From Lentisphaeria bacterium (GTDB lineage Bacteria; Verrucomicrobiota; Lentisphaeria; Victivallales; UBA1829), in contig JAFVSW010000079.1 in assembly GCA_017503545.1 (NCBI GenBank), positions 4,133 through 68,132 on the forward strand: 64,000 nucleotides of DNA. Direction: 5' to 3'. The notes under the pieces were generated by a model. That model was given only the letters and a program-made list of their open reading frames with translations, did not search any database and was not told the DNA's origin. The stretch's first letter is position 1. Each line of letters opens with the position of its first letter. Shown piece after piece: positions 61,531 through 64,000 of this stretch. The position numbers were made by a program, and so were the translations under genes.

Positions 61531-62973
61531 ATGGCACAAAATTATCGCAAAGTCATCGAATTCAAAACAGTCTCTGAATTCGACCAGTATCTTAAAAGTG
61601 AGAATATTTCCATCGGATTGACGGAAAATATCCCCGCCGACGGCAAAGCTGCCCTCGCCCAAAAGATTCAATACAAAGACCGGACCATCGGCAACCGTTG
61701 GGCGATCCTCCCCATGGAAGGCTGGGATTGTACCAAAGAAGGGGCGCCCAGTGAATATACCCATCGTCGCTGGATGAATTTTGCAAAAAGCGGCGCAAAA
61801 CTCCTGTATGGAACGGAAGCCGCCGCTGTCATGCACACTGGAAGAAGCAATACCCGGCAGTTGACCGTTTCCGATCGGACCGCCGATGCTCTCAAAACCA
61901 TCTGTTCCGATATGCATAAAGTTCACAAAGAAAAATTCGGAACGGATGAAGATTTGTATATCGGACTCCAGTTGACTCATTCCGGCCGTTATTCTCATCC
62001 GAATCGGGACGATGTTTTGGAATCCGTTACCGCGTACAGTCATCCGCTGCTGGATAAGAAGTTCGGCAATTCACAAGCGAATGTGGTCAGTGATGAAGAA
62101 GTGAAAAATATTGTTCAGCACTTTATCAAAGCCGCAGTGATTGCACAAAAAGCCGGATTCGATTTTGTTGATATCAAACACGCTCACGGCTATCTGGGTC
62201 ATGAATTTCTGACGGCATACGATCGCCCCGGTCCTTACGGCGGATCGTTTGAAAACCGTACCCGTTTCTTCCGGGAAATTGCCGAAGGAATCCAGAAAGC
62301 CGCCCCCGGATTGGAACTTTCCGCCCGCATCAGTATTTTTGATATTTTCCCCTTTGTCAAAGGGGAAGACGGCGTAGGAAAAGCCATGGAATGGGAAGGA
62401 CATTATCCTTACGCATTCGGCGGTGACGGATCCGGGATGCACATGGATGAAAATCTGGAAGAACCGGTCAAATTCGTCAAAATGATGCAGGAATATGGTG
62501 TTGGTCTGATTTGCGCCACCATTGGAAGTCCTTACTATAACGTCCACATGCAAAGACCGGCATATTATCCGGTTTCCGATGGATACCAGATGCCGGAACA
62601 TCCGCTGTATAACGTATCCCGCCATATCAAAGCGGTGGATGAATTGCGGAAACGCTGTCCGGGCGTATTGGTTGTAGGGTCCGGCTATACCTGTTTGCAG
62701 GAATATCTCCCCAATGCGGCGGAATATGCTGTTGCCAATGACATGACGGATTTTGTCGGGATTGGCAGAATGGTGTTGAGTTATCCGGAAATCTGTGCGG
62801 ATACATTGGCTGGCAAACCGCTTGACCGGTGTCGGATCTGCCGGACATTCGGCGATTGCACCAGTGCGCCCCGGAACGGCATGATTTCCGGGTGTTATCC
62901 GCTGGATCATTTTTATAAATGTCTTCCGGAAGCGGAACGGTTGAAAGAAATCAAGAAAAATTTGAAAAAATAA
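61531..62973 (+). CDS. Old-yellow-enzyme-like NADH:flavin oxidoreductase (TIM barrel) with C-terminal 4-Cys motif
   Basis: GFDFVDIKHAHGYLGHEFLTAYDRPGPYGGSFENRTRF (OYE signature region) and GIGRMVLSYPE. C-terminal CRICRTFGDCTSAPRNGMISGC (C-x2-C-x5-C-x11-C). Confidence 0.8.
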   Translation: MAQNYRKVIEFKTVSEFDQYLKSENISIGLTENIPADGKAALAQKIQYKDRTIGNRWAILPMEGWDCTKEGAPSEYTHRRWMNFAKSGAKLLYGTEAAAVMHTGRSNTRQLTVSDRTADALKTICSDMHKVHKEKFGTDEDLYIGLQLTHSGRYSHPNRDDVLESVTAYSHPLLDKKFGNSQANVVSDEEVKNIVQHFIKAAVIAQKAGFDFVDIKHAHGYLGHEFLTAYDRPGPYGGSFENRTRFFREIAEGIQKAAPGLELSARISIFDIFPFVKGEDGVGKAMEWEGHYPYAFGGDGSGMHMDENLEEPVKFVKMMQEYGVGLICATIGSPYYNVHMQRPAYYPVSDGYQMPEHPLYNVSRHIKAVDELRKRCPGVLVVGSGYTCLQEYLPNAAEYAVANDMTDFVGIGRMVLSYPEICADTLAGKPLDRCRICRTFGDCTSAPRNGMISGCYPLDHFYKCLPEAERLKEIKKNLKK

Positions 62974-62986
62974 GGATATCTGAATT

Positions 62987-63646
62987 ATGATCTATTTTTT
63001 TGCTGACAATCATTATGGTGTTCACCCCGGCAAAGTGATTTTTGAACATCTGCCGGAATCTCTCAAAAATAATATCACATTCCGGGAAGATGACTGGTCC
63101 GTTCTGGAACAAGCTCCGTGGGAAGAAAATTGCGACCTGCTGATTCTTGATATGATCGGAGCCACATGTAATCTGCCGCATCCCGGTCCGGAAGCGGAAA
63201 AACGCATCCGCCGTTATTTGGAAGAAGGGGGAAATATGTTGCTTCTCCATGGATCCAGTGCTGCATTCTGGCAGTGGGATTGGTGGCGTAAGATCGTTGG
63301 TTTCCGTTGGGTGCGCCCCAACGATCCGGATGGAATTGAAGCCTCCACACACCCGGTCAAACCGTATGACTTGCGGATTTGCAAAGTACGCCATCCCCTT
63401 GCGGAAAAATTGATTCCGTGTCAATTCCCGGAAGACGAGATCTATACCAATCTGGAACAGGTCTGTCCTGCAACAGTTTTGATGGATACCTATATTGAAG
63501 AAGGTGTTTTCCCTCAATGTCTGGAAAATGCGACACCGTGGGGCGGAAAATTTGTCCATTTCATCCCCGGTCACAGTGCGGCGGTGACAGCTGATCCATC
63601 CGTGATTGCCAATATTACGGCGATTGCCGAATACCTGATGAATTGA
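62987..63646 (+). CDS. Hypothetical protein, possibly ThuA-like / class I glutamine-amidotransferase-like fold
   Basis: The 219-aa size and alternating beta-alpha pattern (LLILDMIG..., MLLLHGSSAAF) weakly resemble ThuA-domain proteins. Last gene of the redox operon. Confidence 0.3.
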   Translation: MIYFFADNHYGVHPGKVIFEHLPESLKNNITFREDDWSVLEQAPWEENCDLLILDMIGATCNLPHPGPEAEKRIRRYLEEGGNMLLLHGSSAAFWQWDWWRKIVGFRWVRPNDPDGIEASTHPVKPYDLRICKVRHPLAEKLIPCQFPEDEIYTNLEQVCPATVLMDTYIEEGVFPQCLENATPWGGKFVHFIPGHSAAVTADPSVIANITAIAEYLMN

Positions 63647-63660
63647 GGGATCCGGGAGAT

Positions 63661-63720
63661 AAAATCTGAAAAAACGGCGGATTATTCATCATAATATCAT
63701 GCTTTTTTTCAGATTTTTTC
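63661..63720 (+). terminator. Candidate terminator: 14-bp AT-rich stem with a large loop and a T-tract
   Basis: aaaatctgaaaaaa (63661-63674) pairs with ttttttcagatttt (63704-63717), followed by ttc. The loop of about 29 nt is atypically large. Confidence 0.35.
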
Positions 63721-63730
63721 ATCTTTGGGA

Positions 63731-63758
63731 TTGATTTTCTCGACTTTTGTGATAAATT
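63731..63758 (+). promoter_or_regulatory. Candidate promoter TTGATT-16 nt-TAAATT for tRNA-Arg
   Basis: -35 at 63731-63736 and -10 at 63753-63758. The tRNA starts about 23 nt downstream. Confidence 0.35.
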
Positions 63759-63780
63759 ACTGTATCAACGAATAAATAGT

Positions 63781-63856
<76 letters not shown>

Positions 63857-64000
63857 TTTTTTTTGCCTTTTTTGAGCTCAAATCACCACTTTTTTCAAAT
63901 TCGTGACATATGATGAAAAATAGTGATTTATAGTGGTTATGTGACAAAAATTCCACTATTTTTCCACTATTTTTTACATCGTTTTTCAACTCATTTATTT

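Overview
64-kb chromosomal window of moderate GC with about 50 protein genes and one tRNA. No rRNA, CRISPR array, IS element or obvious prophage genes were seen. The gene content points to a PVC-superphylum bacterium, probably Lentisphaerota/Victivallales-like; this is inference only. The evidence is a DUF1559 pseudopilin-like protein with a prepilin leader, a cdaA(dacA)-ybbR pair, BamA, and many large secreted glycan-active proteins. Layout: (i) 1-13.4 kb holds a 5'-truncated LamG/CBM9 glycosidase-like giant, nadB, a PcnB/CCA-family nucleotidyltransferase, a DUF815-like ATPase, tadA and an RNase II-family enzyme, followed by a convergent DUF5107-like/maa pair. (ii) 13.7-22.1 kb holds the housekeeping string prs-rplY-pth-rpsF-ssb-rpsR-rplI-dnaB-bamA, preceded by a sigma70-like promoter and a long structured leader. 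(iii) 22.2-34.5 kb holds a proline-rich lipoprotein, gyrA-folP-cdaA-cdaR, a CUT2-type sugar ABC transporter, an rsmB-like gene, tatD and tcdA. (iv) 34.5-42.6 kb (minus strand) is a tightly packed string: mutS, a degenerate Ser/Thr-kinase-like membrane protein, a PfkB sugar kinase, sppA and a Cas4/AddB-like Fe-S nuclease. (v) 42.7-49.4 kb (minus strand) is a LacI-headed glycan cluster containing a pseudopilin-like DUF1559 gene. (vi) 49.6-58.2 kb is a visibly more A+T-rich accessory block. It encodes an FHA/zinc-ribbon Ser/Thr kinase, two lipoproteins and a signal-peptide-less 1066-aa PPC-repeat protein. It also carries a duplicated 44-bp cis element, an AT-rich DUF4143 AAA ATPase gene and a strictly 33-bp-phased six-copy repeat array. 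(vii) 58.3-63.6 kb is a flavin/SDR redox operon with an embedded XRE-cupin regulator. (viii) tRNA-Arg(TCT) is followed by AT-rich repeat-bearing DNA at the window edge. The best candidate for an uncharacterised system is the 49.5-58.2 kb block. All functional calls rest on motif recognition by eye; no database search was run.
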